DNA of 64,000 bases, taken from NCBI RefSeq assembly GCF_008831285.2, contig NC_045138.2, forward strand, positions 20,956,001 through 21,020,000, in the 5' to 3' direction. The notes under the pieces were generated by a model. The model made no database searches. It saw nothing but the letters and a program-made list of their open reading frames with translations, and had not been told where the DNA came from. Each line of letters begins with the position of its first letter. Positions within the stretch are counted from its first letter, which is position 1. Below are positions 13,101-26,400 of the stretch, one piece after another. A program made the position numbers and the translations under genes. Origin of the DNA: Nymphaea colorata. Taxonomy: Eukaryota.

Positions 13101-14483
13101 CTAGGTTAGGCCTGGACCCAGTCTGGCCTGCACGTAGGGTTTATCCACATAGCCGTCTCTAACGATGTCAACAAAATGCAGTGACCAAACTGACTCATTA
13201 GTCTTAATATTACCATATCTGAAGTCCTAGACAAATAGATCCAATTTATTTCTTTGTACTCAATTCCAAGTATCCAAATATTTATTTTAGAGTATGTGGC
13301 TAGTGAATGCCGTAATATTTTTTAAAAATGTACAATACAATTTACTGGAAACATGTGGTACGTGACAGGTTGTGTAACAAAGCTATTTTAGTGTTATGCC
13401 TCTATAGTATTCTGCCATTGAGGAAATAGGATACGTTTGCCATTTATAACAGATGTGGTTACATGGGGGCAAATCCCAGGTTTCTAGTTAGGGACGAACA
13501 CGTCTACCTTGCTGTGGGACGTAACAACTCAATATGGTTGGTCTGGTCAACTCACTCTCTTTTGCAGCAAGGAATTATAAAGGTCCTAGATCGACATTTG
13601 ATGGAGATATTAATTTTTCCCATCTGAATATACTATGAACTGTATAAAGCATCATGCTTTAGATTTAGATGTTGTTGTGACTCAATTCATTAGAGAATAA
13701 GCTGAACAATCTTTTATTGTTTCTTGGGGATAGTATTCTCCATCTGTTCGTCATCCTGTAATTGATTCAGGTAAATTGACCAAACATGATTGGCGTTGCT
13801 TGTCGCAGTTTTGCTTTTTCACGTCTTTTAGTGCAAGTTGCAAATGTATTTTCCATTATTTCTGAGATAAAATGTACAGGCATTTGTTTGTAGCATGTTC
13901 ATCACTCATCCGTGCTCCTTACGCAATCCAGGTCACTTGAAAAGCACAAGCAAACAAATCAAAACATGGTCAAAGTCGTCTCATCAGCTTGTTCTTGATT
14001 GCTTATTTTGTACCCATTAGCATTTTTTACTTTTTAAAATTTGTCGGAGTCCATTATGATTTAATTTGAAATTAGGTTTAGTCTTATGATTGGTCATTGT
14101 TATGATGCATAACTTTTTGGATTATAATGATACAAACCTGTTGTTTGAAAATGTCTAGCCTTTTTATATACATCTTATGTTGCAGCCATATCTCTCTCCT
14201 AATTCTTAGAACTGCCATGCCGTATCAAGCATATTTATGTGAGTTTCGTGTAATATCATTACTTTTTTAGTTTTATGACCACGTTTTTACTCTTTTCATT
14301 TATTTGATTTTCTACAGATGGGATTATTTCAAGAAGAACATGCATTCAATGCTTCACCACAGCGATACAAAGGGAGTTGAGATTAGAAAGCCCAATAGTT
14401 CTCTATATACCTTTCCAACGCCAGACTGCATGTGCCGTTCAGCAATAATCAACAAAAATACGTCTGCAGCTGATGATCATTAG
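1173..14483 (+). CDS. O-fucosyltransferase family protein (GT106/DUF246; ESMERALDA1/OFUT9-like), 10 exons, 575 aa
   Basis: Hand-spliced GT-AG exons with consistent phases: 1173-1574, 4627-4699, 6233-6300, 6979-7067, 7571-7768, 8646-8850, 8997-9164, 11687-11854, 12002-12192, 14318-14483 (1728 nt). Family motifs: N-terminal [145 protein letters not shown]. Confidence 0.95.
5731..6240 (+). repeat. Diverged tandem duplication (about 245-bp unit) of the 3' end of OFUT intron 2, including the acceptor site
   Basis: Both units begin cttcccttatcctttt/c, share ttggtttac..aaagatgaa..aatagaatta, and end tatgtga(t)tgcatcagaa(c/g)ttcc. Confidence 0.8.
9380..9743. mobile_element. hAT-type non-autonomous element (MITE) in OFUT intron 7
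   Basis: 8-bp TSD CTTAGACA at 9372-9379 and 9744-9751. Imperfect TIRs (ctgcgtgacacg / catgtgacatag). Subterminal GGGTAC repeats on the left and GTACCC repeats on the right, around an AT-rich core. Confidence 0.8.
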
Positions 14484-15095
14484 TTCATATTCAGAGTGTT
14501 CTGCTCTTCCTGTGGTAAATTTTGTATAAGAAAATATTTATTGCAAAATTCATTAACAGAGTTCAAGAATTGCCGTCTAGGTTTTTGACTGTAGAGTTCA
14601 ATTGTCTCAGTTGCCTATGTAGTACAAGGGATGATATGAGACGCGGCATCATTTTGTATATTGTAACATTATTAATTTATAAAATGAAATTCTTTCTTAG
14701 CTTTTGTGGCATTTGCTATCACGGTGTTAAACCTTATTTTAGCCACTGTATCTTTTACAATTTACACCAAGACTGCTACATCAATTGTGCAAATTTGTAC
14801 TGTTTTCAGATCGTTCAATGGCCTACAAGGGCTTGGAACTCTTGGTTGGGTGAGTTCGCTAAATCCCTTAAGTTGAAGGAGGTATAGAGCTCAATACAGA
14901 GGTGTGCATTCCTTGGTTATGCAAAAGCTATGGTGCGATGATCTCTCTGTCCTACTGCACCGTGGCTATGATCAGCTTCACCTTCAAATGACATCAAGGT
15001 CGTCCCTGAAGATAACCATAGCCGCTGCTTCCAGCCATGGTATCCGATCCATCTCCAGCAGTATGACCTCCATTTTGCACCTGAATCACATTTCA

Positions 15096-15096
<1 letters not shown>

Positions 15097-15133
<37 letters not shown>
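15097..15133. repeat. (GA)n microsatellite
   Basis: Pure GA dinucleotide run. Confidence 0.95.
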
Positions 15134-15137
<4 letters not shown>

Positions 15138-15938
15138 GGAGAGTGCATGAGTCCGCGCTTTAACTCTACCAACTCCCTGGTAAGGTGCAGATCAATGGGA
15201 GAAAACATGGGGAGAATTATGTAGTGGAGGGAAATTTTTCATCAGAATCAGAGGCAGCTTGATAAATGGCTATTGAGCAAAGTGCTAATTTTGCTTTCTT
15301 TTTTCTTCCTTGCTTTTGATCGAAGCAGATGCATAATGAAAGAAAAAGAGTGATGGTGATCATTAGTTTTTGGAGAGCAATTTCACGAAAGAAGAAGCGG
15401 CTTCCAGCAGATCTGTCTGCAGGAGTGGAGAATTGGAAATCTTGCAATAAAGAATTTGCATGAGTTGGTCAAATCCCGTAAACTCCGCAGGAAATGACAA
15501 CAAAAACAAAAATAACTGCATTCGCATGGGAAACTTCAGATTTCATCCATATTGCAATGAGACTTTTTGATCGGGGAGTAGATGACGCAACACACGGGAA
15601 TAGAAAAGAAAAACATAGCAGTGTCGGAATATCGAATGAAAATCGTGTGGAGATTCACACAAGAACTCCAGCAAGGAAGGAGTTGATAAAATGGTCACCA
15701 ACCAAAAAATCCCTCCCGAAAACAAGAAAAGTGACTTATCGTGCGGAAATAGAATGCAAGTCCAAATATAAAGAGACATTTCTGAGCAAGTCATGTATAC
15801 CAAATGTGTCGAGCATTACTTGATAAAATCTGTCGTCCCTCTCTCTAAGAACCAAGTGAAGGACTAGGGAGGGGTCACTCTGGATGTAGGTTTTTTCTTG
15901 ACTGAACGACGTATATCATGTTCCTGTTATGTGATTGT

Positions 15939-16007
15939 TTCTTCTTCTTCTTCTTCTTCTTCTTGTTCTTCTTCTTCTTCTTCTTCTTCTTCTTCTTCTT
16001 CTTCTTC
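15939..16007. repeat. (TTC)n microsatellite
   Basis: Near-pure TTC run. It explains the poly-F, poly-L and poly-K ORFs in the track. Confidence 0.95.
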
Positions 16008-16022
16008 ATCGAGCAAGTTTTC

Positions 16023-16360
16023 ATGGTATCCGAGCCAGTAACAACCTCCTCGTCATCGTCTCCCAACTTTGCCCTTGCTTCAGCAATTCAATGGAACACT
16101 TTCTCGTCTCTGCTTCTATCAAAGCTTAATCACAACAATTATTTATTGTGGAAATCTCAAATACAGTCCGTTATGTTCGGCCAGGATTTCCTGAAGTATG
16201 TTGATGGTTGTTGTGAATGCCCTCCTCAATAAGTGAAGGAAGCAAATGAAGTGATAAACAACTCTTAATATTTGTCGTGGAAAAGACCAGATCAGCTGTC
16301 ATTGAGTTGAGAGTAAACCAACGATATCAGAGTCAGTACTTAATCAAATATCATCCCTAC
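16023..16360 (+). mobile_element. Degenerate Ty1/Copia gag N-terminal fragment (RE1-like)
   Basis: KLNHNNYLLWKSQIQSVMFGQDFLKYVDG..CPP, then YLSWKRPDQL.LS..TISESVL interrupted by stops and frameshifts. Confidence 0.75.
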
Positions 16361-16749
16361 TGCAGGCCATTGACATGTTCATCCTCTTATCATAACTATT
16401 TACAATTTATAAGTTCCAGATAACTACTGCTTGGGGGTAGGCCACTAACTTTATTGGCAAAAAATTGAGGAAATATTCATGAAACAAAAGCGAGAACCAA
16501 AACTATGGTTTTATCCATTACAATATGTACTGGGAAGCAGAGTGTTTGGCAATAGTAACAATTTGTTACTGTTTTACGAATCTGCCTCATTGGGTAAATT
16601 GTGGAACATTGTGTTACAATGTTTTGTGAATCTACCACAATCTTTAAAACCGTTTTATCTAATAAAACAGTGACAAATTGTTCTTACTGCCAGACAACCT
16701 GGAAAGGTGACCAGTCCTCCAAGACCTGGTTCCAAAATTTACGGTCAGT

Positions 16750-17450
16750 GATTGTTTAGCTTCCCGTCCAGGCCATCCATTACACATCTGAATCATGTTC
16801 CGGCGCCCTCTCTGAATGAAGTTGCTGTCTCAGTTAGATTGCCATCTCCAGTGATTTCCTTCACCTCCATCTTCCAATTTCCATTGTTGGCTAGAATGGC
16901 AATCGCCCCTCTTTGATCTGAGTAGTTGGTTACATCTGAGAGACAGTGACCCAACATCCACCTCTCATCCTTGGATGCACCCCTGCCTTTGAGAATTGCC
17001 AAAGCAAAACAAAATCGTCCATGACAGTCTCAGATCAGACCTGTGACCCTACGGGTCGTTTGGCATCCCTACCAGGTTGTTATTGTCTAGTGGTTTTGTC
17101 CCAAAATTTGGGATAGATTCATGAGACACTATTATGTTATAAGGTTACATGAACATGTTCTAATTTTGTGGCAGCCTCTATGCTTCTGCCCTTTGATGGG
17201 GATCATAATATAGCTCCCCCAGAAAATGCCTGGCTCTAACCAGTTCTCTACTTTAATGCATTCGCCTTCCTTCCCTCTTCTGCTAACAGCTGAAGCTGGC
17301 GATGATTCTAAACAGCACATTCGGTTCACGTTATCGGAAGAGTGTTCCAGGCTATTACTTATCTTCCAAATATACCAAATAATGGCGTGCAAGACATTTT
17401 TCTTTCATTTGTCAACAGTCCTGCTTTTGAATCTTCTATTGCCTCACTAA
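16750..17450 (-). mobile_element. Degenerate LINE (L1-clade) ORF2 C-terminal / RNase H-like fragment
   Basis: The minus strand gives IIWYIWKISN (cf. WxIWKERN) and GLI*DCHGRFCFALA (cf. GGLIRDxxG of plant LINE RNase H). Disrupted. A Tourist-like half-TIR (gtcgtttggca) lies at about 17054. Confidence 0.55.
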
Positions 17451-20090
17451 TCTAGTCCTTCATGCACATTGTTTGGATTAAACTTGTAATGGCCGGAACG
17501 CTTGGTCACTTGTCAAATAAATTTAGTGCGGCAGAATTTAAAAAAAAAAAGATGTTTAATATCTTCCTGGCCCTTCTTACCATGGTAAAAAAAATGGGTC
17601 AAGAATGTTAAAAATAATGAAAAAAAAAAACCTGTCCTTGCCACATCTTTTTGAAAAAAAATTCAAAATAAAATTTCACATTTTGGGGTATTTTTATAAT
17701 GTTTTTTTTGTGTGTGTTTGTACGCTTTTGTTAGCTTTTCAATTATCTTCTTCCTGATTTTAGTTTTTTTTTTCTTTTAAAAAACTGCTGTCTTTTTCTC
17801 GAGATTTTCAGTTTTATCAAAAAATACCCAAGAAAAATCTTCTTGTTTGAAACCCATTAACAATAGTTGTGATTATGCTTGTTACAAATGTAAAAGCCTG
17901 ACTCTTGCATTGGTGTCGAAAACGTTTTTGGAGTCCAATCCACCAAGGCGCACATTCAATGAATCTCTGAATCAGAAAAAAAAAAATATTTATTTTTTTT
18001 AAATGAAAAATACATAACAGATATTAATCGAAAAGAAAATTCTTAAATTTTCCTTAAAAAAATTTCTAAAATGTCACGTGGAACTCTTGAATCAATCGGT
18101 CATTGAGTCAAATCAGTTTGCCAAATTGGCTGATTTAGGGGGAAGCAGAAGTGCATATATCTTGGAGGGTTTCGGTTTCGAGGTCACTTGCATTCGAATT
18201 CCAATATATAATGAAGAGTGGGAACTCCGAACACGGTTCCTTCCAGGGATAACACCATGAAACCAGAGGCGGAGATATCTAGGAGCTAGTGGCGGAGAGA
18301 CTGACAACTCCCTCCTACCATTTGAATGAATGCATATAATTACCTCCCATTTTGTAGATCATAGCTGAGGAGGTTTTCAGCGACGGCGCACGCCCATTTT
18401 AACAGCCACAGTTTTCTAGTATACAGCTACAGTAATAACCCTGTCTAATGACTTGCTCTCAAGATATGGAATGTGAGCTATCATGTATGCTTTCTTGTTG
18501 ATTGCCCGATTAATTTGATTGGCCATATTTTCATCCTATGTAAAGATATAGAATATGAGCACTATGTATGCCTTCCTGTTGATTGCCCGATTAATATGAT
18601 TGGGTAATCTATCGACAAAGAATGTTTACACTTTTAATAAACAGAATACAAAATGGAAATACAATTACTAAAAGAAGTGACAGTTTGTCTCCTAAATCAA
18701 TCACATGGATACTTCAAGAATGCTCCCATACCATGTCCATGTCCCTTTGCGAACTTGGCAGGGCATACTTTTTGAATCAATCCGAACCACTTACTTTTAC
18801 TTGATTTAACTTGTTTCTAATTCAATTTTTCATTCTATTTTTGTGAGTTATTTGTCATTAAACTGTACCATTTTATTTATGTTATTTATTTAATTGTTAT
18901 GTTCATTTTCAATTTTTAGTATTATATATATATATATACCCATAGTTTCTAAAATTATTGCACCTATGTCGAACCTATGTTCTTACCCATGTGACTTAGG
19001 TTGTCACCCAAGAGAAAAGAGAGAGAGAGAGTTTTTGTCATCCTTAGACCGTTTATTTCTTTAATATCATATGGCTACGTATACATTAGAATGATGCATT
19101 TGTTGGTAGTCGAGTTTATATGAAAATGAGGATCACCTTTATATATAATCATTTTTATGAAATACTAAATAATAAGTCTCAGGTCATCAGTGACATAAGA
19201 ATCTATAACTAATGCCATGTTAATCATTTTTTGAAATTTAGTCAACTAAACTAATAAAAAATAGTTATTGAAACTCCATCATTTAAAAAAATCACAATAA
19301 TGCCATGCACATCAAACACACTGACCTTGGAGAAACTTACAATTATGTTCATAAAACGAATGGCTAAAATGTCATTGAGAAAAAGTCGAAAACATTAAAA
19401 ATTGTGACTTCTTTTTGTCCTTCCTCCTTTTATAATATTTAGATAACTGCACATCATGTGCGTATGCACAAATAATGAAACGTTCACATCTTTTTGTGGC
19501 ACAATCTAATAGCCACCTAAATGTTAGGCTCAGGTTATAAAAATTGAAAGATGTCACGGACCGGTAAAATCCAAGTACTTGTCTGAAACTATATCCAATT
19601 AGCCACATCCTCTATCACACCAAGTATACATATAAGTTACCAAACTCAATTTCAAGTCTGAAATGTGATAAGGATTCACTTGATTATGTATAACGTTCAG
19701 AGTTTATCCTTGTCGGATCTAGATTCAGTTCTAAAAATTCATGTCTAAATTTCAATTTGACTTTGAATCAGGTAAATGAAAGATCCGAGTAAATGGAACC
19801 TGACTCGCCGGTTGAAACCGTTAAATGTGAAAGATCCATGAAGTTATTAGGTGCGAAGGGCAAAACAACTAAGTGCCACTAATGATCCCCAAAAGGGTTG
19901 ACATAATGGTTGGCATGGTGGGTTGGTAGGCAGTCAATTCCCATTTCGAGTTCCATGATGTCAATCTTGAACCCTAAGGAAATGGGAGGATTAAGTTTTG
20001 TTTTGTTTTTTTTGTTTTTTTTTTTTTTTTTGGTGAGAGGGTGAGGAGGAGGGGGTCATCGGTTTGGCCTTCATTCGGGCTGTGGGTTTC

Positions 20091-20261
20091 CAGGGGCAGA
20101 GGCCATGGCCCTACCTTAAAAAGAAGTTAAAAATTTACACTTAAATTTAAAATAACAAGCACTTGCTATATATAAAAAATTTGAAAAATGATATTTCGGT
20201 TTAGGTCGAAATTTAGAAACTTTAATTCCCTCTTCATGAAAAATTTCTGGCTCCACCCCTG
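20091..20261. mobile_element. Short MITE with CAGGGG(C/T)(A/G)GAG terminal inverted repeats
   Basis: Begins caggggcagag and ends ctccacccctg, around an AT-rich core. No TSD is recognisable. Confidence 0.6.
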
Positions 20262-20959
20262 TGTTCACCCAAAACTGAGTGCCGGTGTATGGGCATATTC
20301 GTAAACTCTCTACATAGGTCTAAACAGGCATAGGCCTGAAGAGCAAGGTCACAAGCGACAAACTATTTCGGCCTAGGTGCAGTTTTCTTGGACCACAAAC
20401 CAAAAAAGAAAAATTGTTGCTAGTGCCTAAAAAAGGAAGAAAATTGAGCATTGTCACTTTTTTTTTTCTTCATATGATCGAGATCGACCACTTTGTTGTA
20501 AAATGAGGTGAAAATGATGTGTTGGAAGGAAAATTTCTTCAATATTTCCACTACTAAATGAAGCAAAACTTCAAAAATGGAGTTAAGACACATGGTTTTC
20601 CCACATCCACATTCTTTTAAGAAAGGGCAAAGTTGAATCACATCTGGGTTGGTGCAATTCAACTCATATTCTCTTCTCTCTTACCTAATGAGGTGAACAC
20701 TATGGGCCCCAAAGTAAAGTAGGTCTCCTTTTCCTTCCTAAAGAAACAGATGGAGCCTAAGAATAGAACTAAAAGCTGGACAGGATTTGCAGGTTAATAC
20801 TTAATTTGCTTCAATTATTCTGATACCATGAGTTGCTGGTCTTGGAAAATCAGCTCCTCCACTGCAGATGTAAAAATGAAGCCCAACAATCAATCTTGGG
20901 TTCACAAAGCATGCTTTTGGATCTTTTACGATTCAAAGGTAGAGCGTACTAAGACATGA

Positions 20960-21043
20960 CAGTGATAACTCCAAGATTCAAACACGTGTCTTTAGAGGAA
21001 CCGGACCACCTTACCGCCCAGTACGCTATCATCCCTCAGGGTA
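20960..21043 (-). mobile_element. Putative tRNA-derived SINE head (copy 1)
   Basis: Minus strand: A-box-like TAGCGTACTGG, then B-box-like GTTTGAATC about 35 nt downstream. Homologous to 36820-36890. Confidence 0.4.
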
Positions 21044-21178
21044 AAATCTTTTGCATAGATACCCATACAATTTGGCAATGAAATTATGCATAAATAAAAT
21101 AGTTGGGTTCATTGAAAACTTACATAAATACCCATAAACTTTACGAATCAAGCTATGCATAAAGGCAACGGTGACTTA

Positions 21179-21411
21179 GGGGGCATATGTATGACACCCA
21201 ATAACAAGTTTTGTAATTTTGTCTAAAAAAATCAGGTTTTTGGAGTGCTTGCGTGCCATCAAAACTCAAAAAATCAATTTTGTCAAAACCATAATAAAGG
21301 GGAGTTTTGGGGTTTTACCCAAACAAATAAACCAGGCTTTCAAAATTAGATTTTTATAAATCCAAATTTTCACAAAAGTGGGTAAGATGAGGATGTCGCT
21401 CAAACGGCTCC
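21179..21411. mobile_element. Degenerate Tourist/PIF-Harbinger-like MITE
   Basis: TTA on both flanks. Degenerate TIRs gggggcatatgtatgacaccc / ggatgtcgctcaaacggctcc. Confidence 0.5.
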
Positions 21412-22929
21412 TTAATTTTCTATGATTATGCGTCCAACTTCTGAATCACATTTTTCTCTATAAGAACAACTTCTTTTTCATTTTCTAAATGAACGATTAA
21501 TCAAGCCCACAACTCTAATGTCTCACTCCGGCAATTCAAAAGTTGATTCTCATGAAATGTTTTATGTAATTGCGAGTCCAGCTGCAACATTTTTTTAAAT
21601 GTGTACTTAGGGAAAACCTGATTGTGGTATAAAACCCAGAAACCATACTTTTAAACTTCCAAGCTTATTATTTTTTTTTTCGTTTAGGTGGACATATGAT
21701 ACATCATTCAACTCAAGTGTCGTCGTGTTTGTAAGACTGTTTGAAGGAACAGCAGTTTGAGCTTAAAGACAATCTTGAAGAAGATTAAAGATTTGGGTAT
21801 TCTTCTTTTGGCCGGCATAATCGAGCAATGCCTTGACTATGGCGTCGCGTTGGCATAATGTTGTCGGGGTTTGCCTTCCATGATGTACAGAAAGAAACTA
21901 TGGAAATAAATTTCTCGAGACATAAAATCCTTGATTCCCCATCTCGACGAGTTCAACCGTTACCAAAGCTTCCCTGTTTACACCAATGTTCCGAAGGGGA
22001 AGCGGTGAGCACAAATTCCCCATAATATTAAGCAAACCAGTGTGTTTCTACAAACCAGAAAGAAGAAACAGAAATTAGACTTTCTGTTCCTGACTTCCAA
22101 ATCCTGGATCATATGTCAATGCGATTCTCGGAAAAAAAAGGAGCTTGTATGTACACTTACAAGCTTCTCGTTTATCCAGAAATTTTCCTAGAAAAAAATA
22201 TCAGCAGATTATACAACAAATGCACGAAACATAATAAAAAGATGGATAACATTTTAAAAAAAAGGAATAATTAAAGATAAAAAGATTCTGAAAATATCAT
22301 GCTCGCCTTAGCACGATATTCGCAAATGGGTGGTGGAGAAACGAACGCCAAATCAATGCACCATATCTTCTGCACCAGTGCAAACCAATCTCCGGGTTTT
22401 TTATGCAACAACATTGATTTTAGAAAATCAGCCATTTTTTTCTTGTTTTGTAGGTTTAAGATCAACCTGTTGAGTTATGAGATTTTAACAGGATCAGCAC
22501 AAAATCTCTAAAAACGCCGGATTGGAGAAAAGTATATATGGTATTTTTCGCCTCATTAACTATGAAGTGTAATAGATTTTTTTCATGAAGAAAACATGCC
22601 GGAATTTCCTCGACATACCGGTGAGACAGACGGAAGATTTAAAATATCATGAGACTTTTTTTTTTTCCTCGACGAGAATCTTCACACAGTGAGATTCATG
22701 ACCGGGAAAGAAGAGATACAGACGAACCAAGCAGAGTCTGTGGGACTAATTTCTCTCTGTTCACTATGAAAGAAAAAGAGAAATACACCAAACTCAATCA
22801 GGGAACTGATTACATTTTGCTACTACTGATTTCCAAATGCACAAGGACGACGTAACTCGAAAGAAACAAGAAGGAAAAAGGGGAAAATCGGCGACCAATT
22901 ACGAACCGTAGCAATCGAAAGAGTACATT

Positions 22930-23397
22930 CTACGTGGAATCGCCATTACCAACTTGCACATATTGCTTCTGAGGATGATCACCTGCATCCCCAACATCGC
23001 TCCCCTCTTCGTCATCTCCGAATTCAAAGAGGAATCCCAACTCGCCGACCAAACAGAGTTGATCCTCCAAATACTTCTGCAACAACCGGCCCTCTGCAAC
23101 CGGAGCCGGCTTCGCCAGCGCCACCTTCGCTTCCCCTTCCGCCTCCTGCCGCCTGCGGAAACTCAGCCTGGGCCGGAAGCAGAAGTAGAAGAGGCAGAAG
23201 AAGCAGAGAATAGGGAAGAAGAGGAAAAAGAGGAGGGGGACGATCAGAGGGGAGCAGACCACCGTCACCACCACGATCAGACGCTGCCGGCCGCCGCGCC
23301 ACCGTCTTCCTTGCATCCCTCTCTCGTCTTCTTCGCCACCTCCTCTCTCTACTCCCCTGCTCCCCACATCAGACTGAAGGCACGTTTCAACCACCAC
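22930..23397 (-). CDS. Single-exon, plant-specific small transmembrane protein of unknown function (155 aa)
   Basis: GC-rich ATG ORF in an AT-rich background. Hydrophobic segment LIVVVTVVCSPLIVPLLFFLFFPILCFFCLFYFCF, then a basic stretch and the motif LLQKYLEDQLCLVG, which I recall from uncharacterised plant proteins. TATAAA on the minus strand at 23483-23488. Confidence 0.75.
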   Translation of the reverse strand: MVVETCLQSDVGSRGVERGGGEEDERGMQGRRWRGGRQRLIVVVTVVCSPLIVPLLFFLFFPILCFFCLFYFCFRPRLSFRRRQEAEGEAKVALAKPAPVAEGRLLQKYLEDQLCLVGELGFLFEFGDDEEGSDVGDAGDHPQKQYVQVGNGDST

Positions 23398-23482
23398 CTC
23401 CGCCTTTTGCTTTCTGCCTTCTCTTTTTCTTCCTTTCCTCCTTCCGATTGCCGTTGCTGCACGTTAGGAATGAGGGGTTTGA

Positions 23483-23488
23483 TTTATA
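23483..23488 (-). promoter_or_regulatory. Putative TATA box of the small TM protein gene
   Basis: TATAAA about 86 nt upstream of the ATG, followed by a purine-rich leader. Confidence 0.5.
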
Positions 23489-26400
23489 CACGGATAAGAT
23501 CGCCACGTCTTCGTCACTCGATCCCACAACAAGAAAGTCGATACTTTTTCTGTCCATGAATGAAAAAAAACAGACACAGTGAGAAGTTGTCTGAAATCGC
23601 CCCAAAATTAACTGTGATAATTTTTCATTGGCAAAGAAACAAAATCATAACTTACACGGAACAAGAACCAAATTGTGCATGTAACAAGTAAATCAGTCAT
23701 AAATAGACAAAAATATACAAATTAACTTAAAAATAAGAAAACTTTTAAAAAAAATTGAATATTGGTAAAAAAATGACTGGTGTAGGACGAATCCGGTCTG
23801 TTCATAAAGTAAACAATTCCCCATCGTTTCCATTCGAGTCGACGGATTCCGGCCAATTTGCAGTAGTAGTAGGCCTGAAAAGTTATTATATTTTTTCTTC
23901 TTCCGCTCTTGTCATACTTTAAAACTCTCACACATGCCACGAGGGTTGTCAATATATCCAACTTATTTGGACTTAATCAAACCTTGTTTTAAGTAACGAA
24001 TTTGTTTTGATTAAGTAAGCAAGGGCTCAAGATCGCAATCCAAAGCAAATATTATTGGAATTTGTCTACCTTGGATCTTCACTTAGCAAAAAATTGCAGC
24101 GACTCGGATTAGAACTCGAAATCTGTTTACACTCCAAGCTGCGGCGAAATCTAACGTATACTAAACGCAAAATCAAAGTTGGATTATATTGTGCTTAAAA
24201 AAACTATTATTTAATTGGCATTTTTACCAAAATTGAAAACATATAAAATTATGTGAAAAGCATCCTTGTACTTGTCACTGTCACGTGGGCAGCATGTCCG
24301 AGTCATGTCGCTTATAAGTCAGGTCACTGTGACAAAAAATTTTCTAAAATTATATTGTAAAAAGTAAACTTAATTTGTATTGTATAAGAACTATTATTTG
24401 AGAGAGAGCGTGCGTGTGCATGGTTTCACGAATTCCGGCGGCGTCTCGCCGGTGCCAAACTTAACCGGAGAAGAAACGTAAAACTCAACGCAGCTTCAGG
24501 TAGATATAAGGTTTCCTCTTGTTTTTTCAAAACATTAAAATTTTTACAATTTTTTTAAAAAGTTATTTTATTAATATGTGAGCCGATGCGAGACGGTAAA
24601 GCAAAAAAAAAAAAAAAACTTTACATATTTAAGGAAAAATAAAATACCAACTTATCATAATTTTGGTCAGATTCAATTGTAAATTCAAAAATGAATTTTA
24701 GAACAAATTCTAATATAAATAAACAAAAATCGGATTAAGATGTTTGTTAAATCAAACGCGATAAAAAGTATTTTAATTTAAATTTGATCCAGTAACATTC
24801 CTACTTGCATCTGCTCATTAATCTATATTAAGTAAGGACAAAAGCCTGCCAGGTGAGTCTGAGTATTCACTTTTACCGTACTCTTTAGCTGTAAGACCAT
24901 CTTTCTATCAGGTGGCGGTGAGTATTGGATTCTCGTTGACCTCATAACTCACTGTCAGTATTATTGAAATCTCCACCATTAAACTGGTCATGATTTTAAA
25001 AGTAAACTTTTAATTTAAGTTTTTAAAAATAAATACTTATAAGAGGCAGTAAAGTGGTTTGAGATTAAAATTTTGTCATTATTAGTTGCATTATTTTTTT
25101 GAGCTGCAAATAATGACAAGTGTGACACTTCAATTACCTAAAACAAGGAAGAATCTTGGAGGAAGGCATAATAATATGGTCTTTATTTTATAATCTTTTA
25201 AAGGAAACATTACTTACTGTTATTTTATTAACAAAAGTTGATACGAGCTCGACTGACTACTTTTGCTAAATCAAACACCATGATATTGGATATATTTAAA
25301 GTTCCCATGCCCCTCATCACTTTGTGTTATTAAAATTATTTAAGTAACTGATATACAGGAGTGACAGTGTTCCACTCATTTTTTTTCTTTTTTCTTTTTG
25401 GGGTTTTCCTTTTACAAAGGAAATCTCTTGGTTCTCCAACAATTATGTAATTGCATTTTTATTGTAGAGAGAAAAACAGAAAGGAATCGACAGACCTGAC
25501 TCTTTCAGAGTAAAGTTCAGTCTCCGGCAACCAATCATATTAATTTGTATATGTTCTCCTTCAATGTTGGCGATGGTATGACAATGACCTCCTCTTTCCC
25601 TTGAGAAACAAACGCGTAGCGAAGTTACGGACGGAAGAAAACTACTAAGGTCAAAGAAAGTTAGGTGCTCCTCTTATTCAAAACACTGTTTAAATTCAAT
25701 GCCGGAATTGTTAGCATTCCAGATGTCGATGGCTTAAAGCCCGTGGAGAAGGTCGGTGGCGAGGCGTGTTGGAGGTAGACGATTTGACAAGAAGGTAAGA
25801 CTTCCTTCGTCAAATAACGGCCGTTCGCAGGTCAGATGGTCCACCATGAACGGAAAATGTGTCCGAGCTCTCTCATTTCTCCGGCTCCGGCAGAGCCCGA
25901 CCCGCTGCCGACAGCCGTGGAGAGGTGGAATAAAAAATAAAAAGACATCAATTGAACGTGGTTAGATGGGTCATATCGGATGGTTAATAATTAAAATACC
26001 CTTAAACAATCAAAGACAAAAATGAAAATAAAAAACTAATAAGATTATAAAATGCATTTCTTTTTTAACAAATGATCAAAATGTCTTTTCCTCGAGGGCC
26101 CTAATGTCACCATTTGAAAAACTTTTGGACCAAAAAATTCTCTTACATGTTACAACACACTGTGTCTGATGTATTGTACCGGTAATCACCAAGTAGCAAG
26201 AATTAAAGGTTGTTGGAAACTTATCGATGGGTGTTGATCAATATAATATTTTTATTTAAAAAAAATTTAAAAGTAATTTAAGTTTACTTTTTGGCAAAGT
26301 TCATGACTACCATTGTTTTGGATTTGAATATATTGCCCGATGCGGAAGAACACGAAATTCTACGGTACTATTCCACGCACCTCTGGCATCAAACTCTCGG

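Noticed and set aside
15875..16129. Poly-K, poly-F and poly-L ORFs
   Set aside because: Translations of the (TTC)n microsatellite.
20960..21043. Possible tRNA gene (A/B-box-like motifs)
   Set aside because: No cloverleaf or acceptor stem could be built. Kept only as a SINE-like fragment.
22954..23559. 201-aa plus-strand ORF
   Set aside because: Antisense shadow of the GC-rich TM gene, with a TTG start and low complexity. The TATA box and the conserved-looking motif favour the minus strand.
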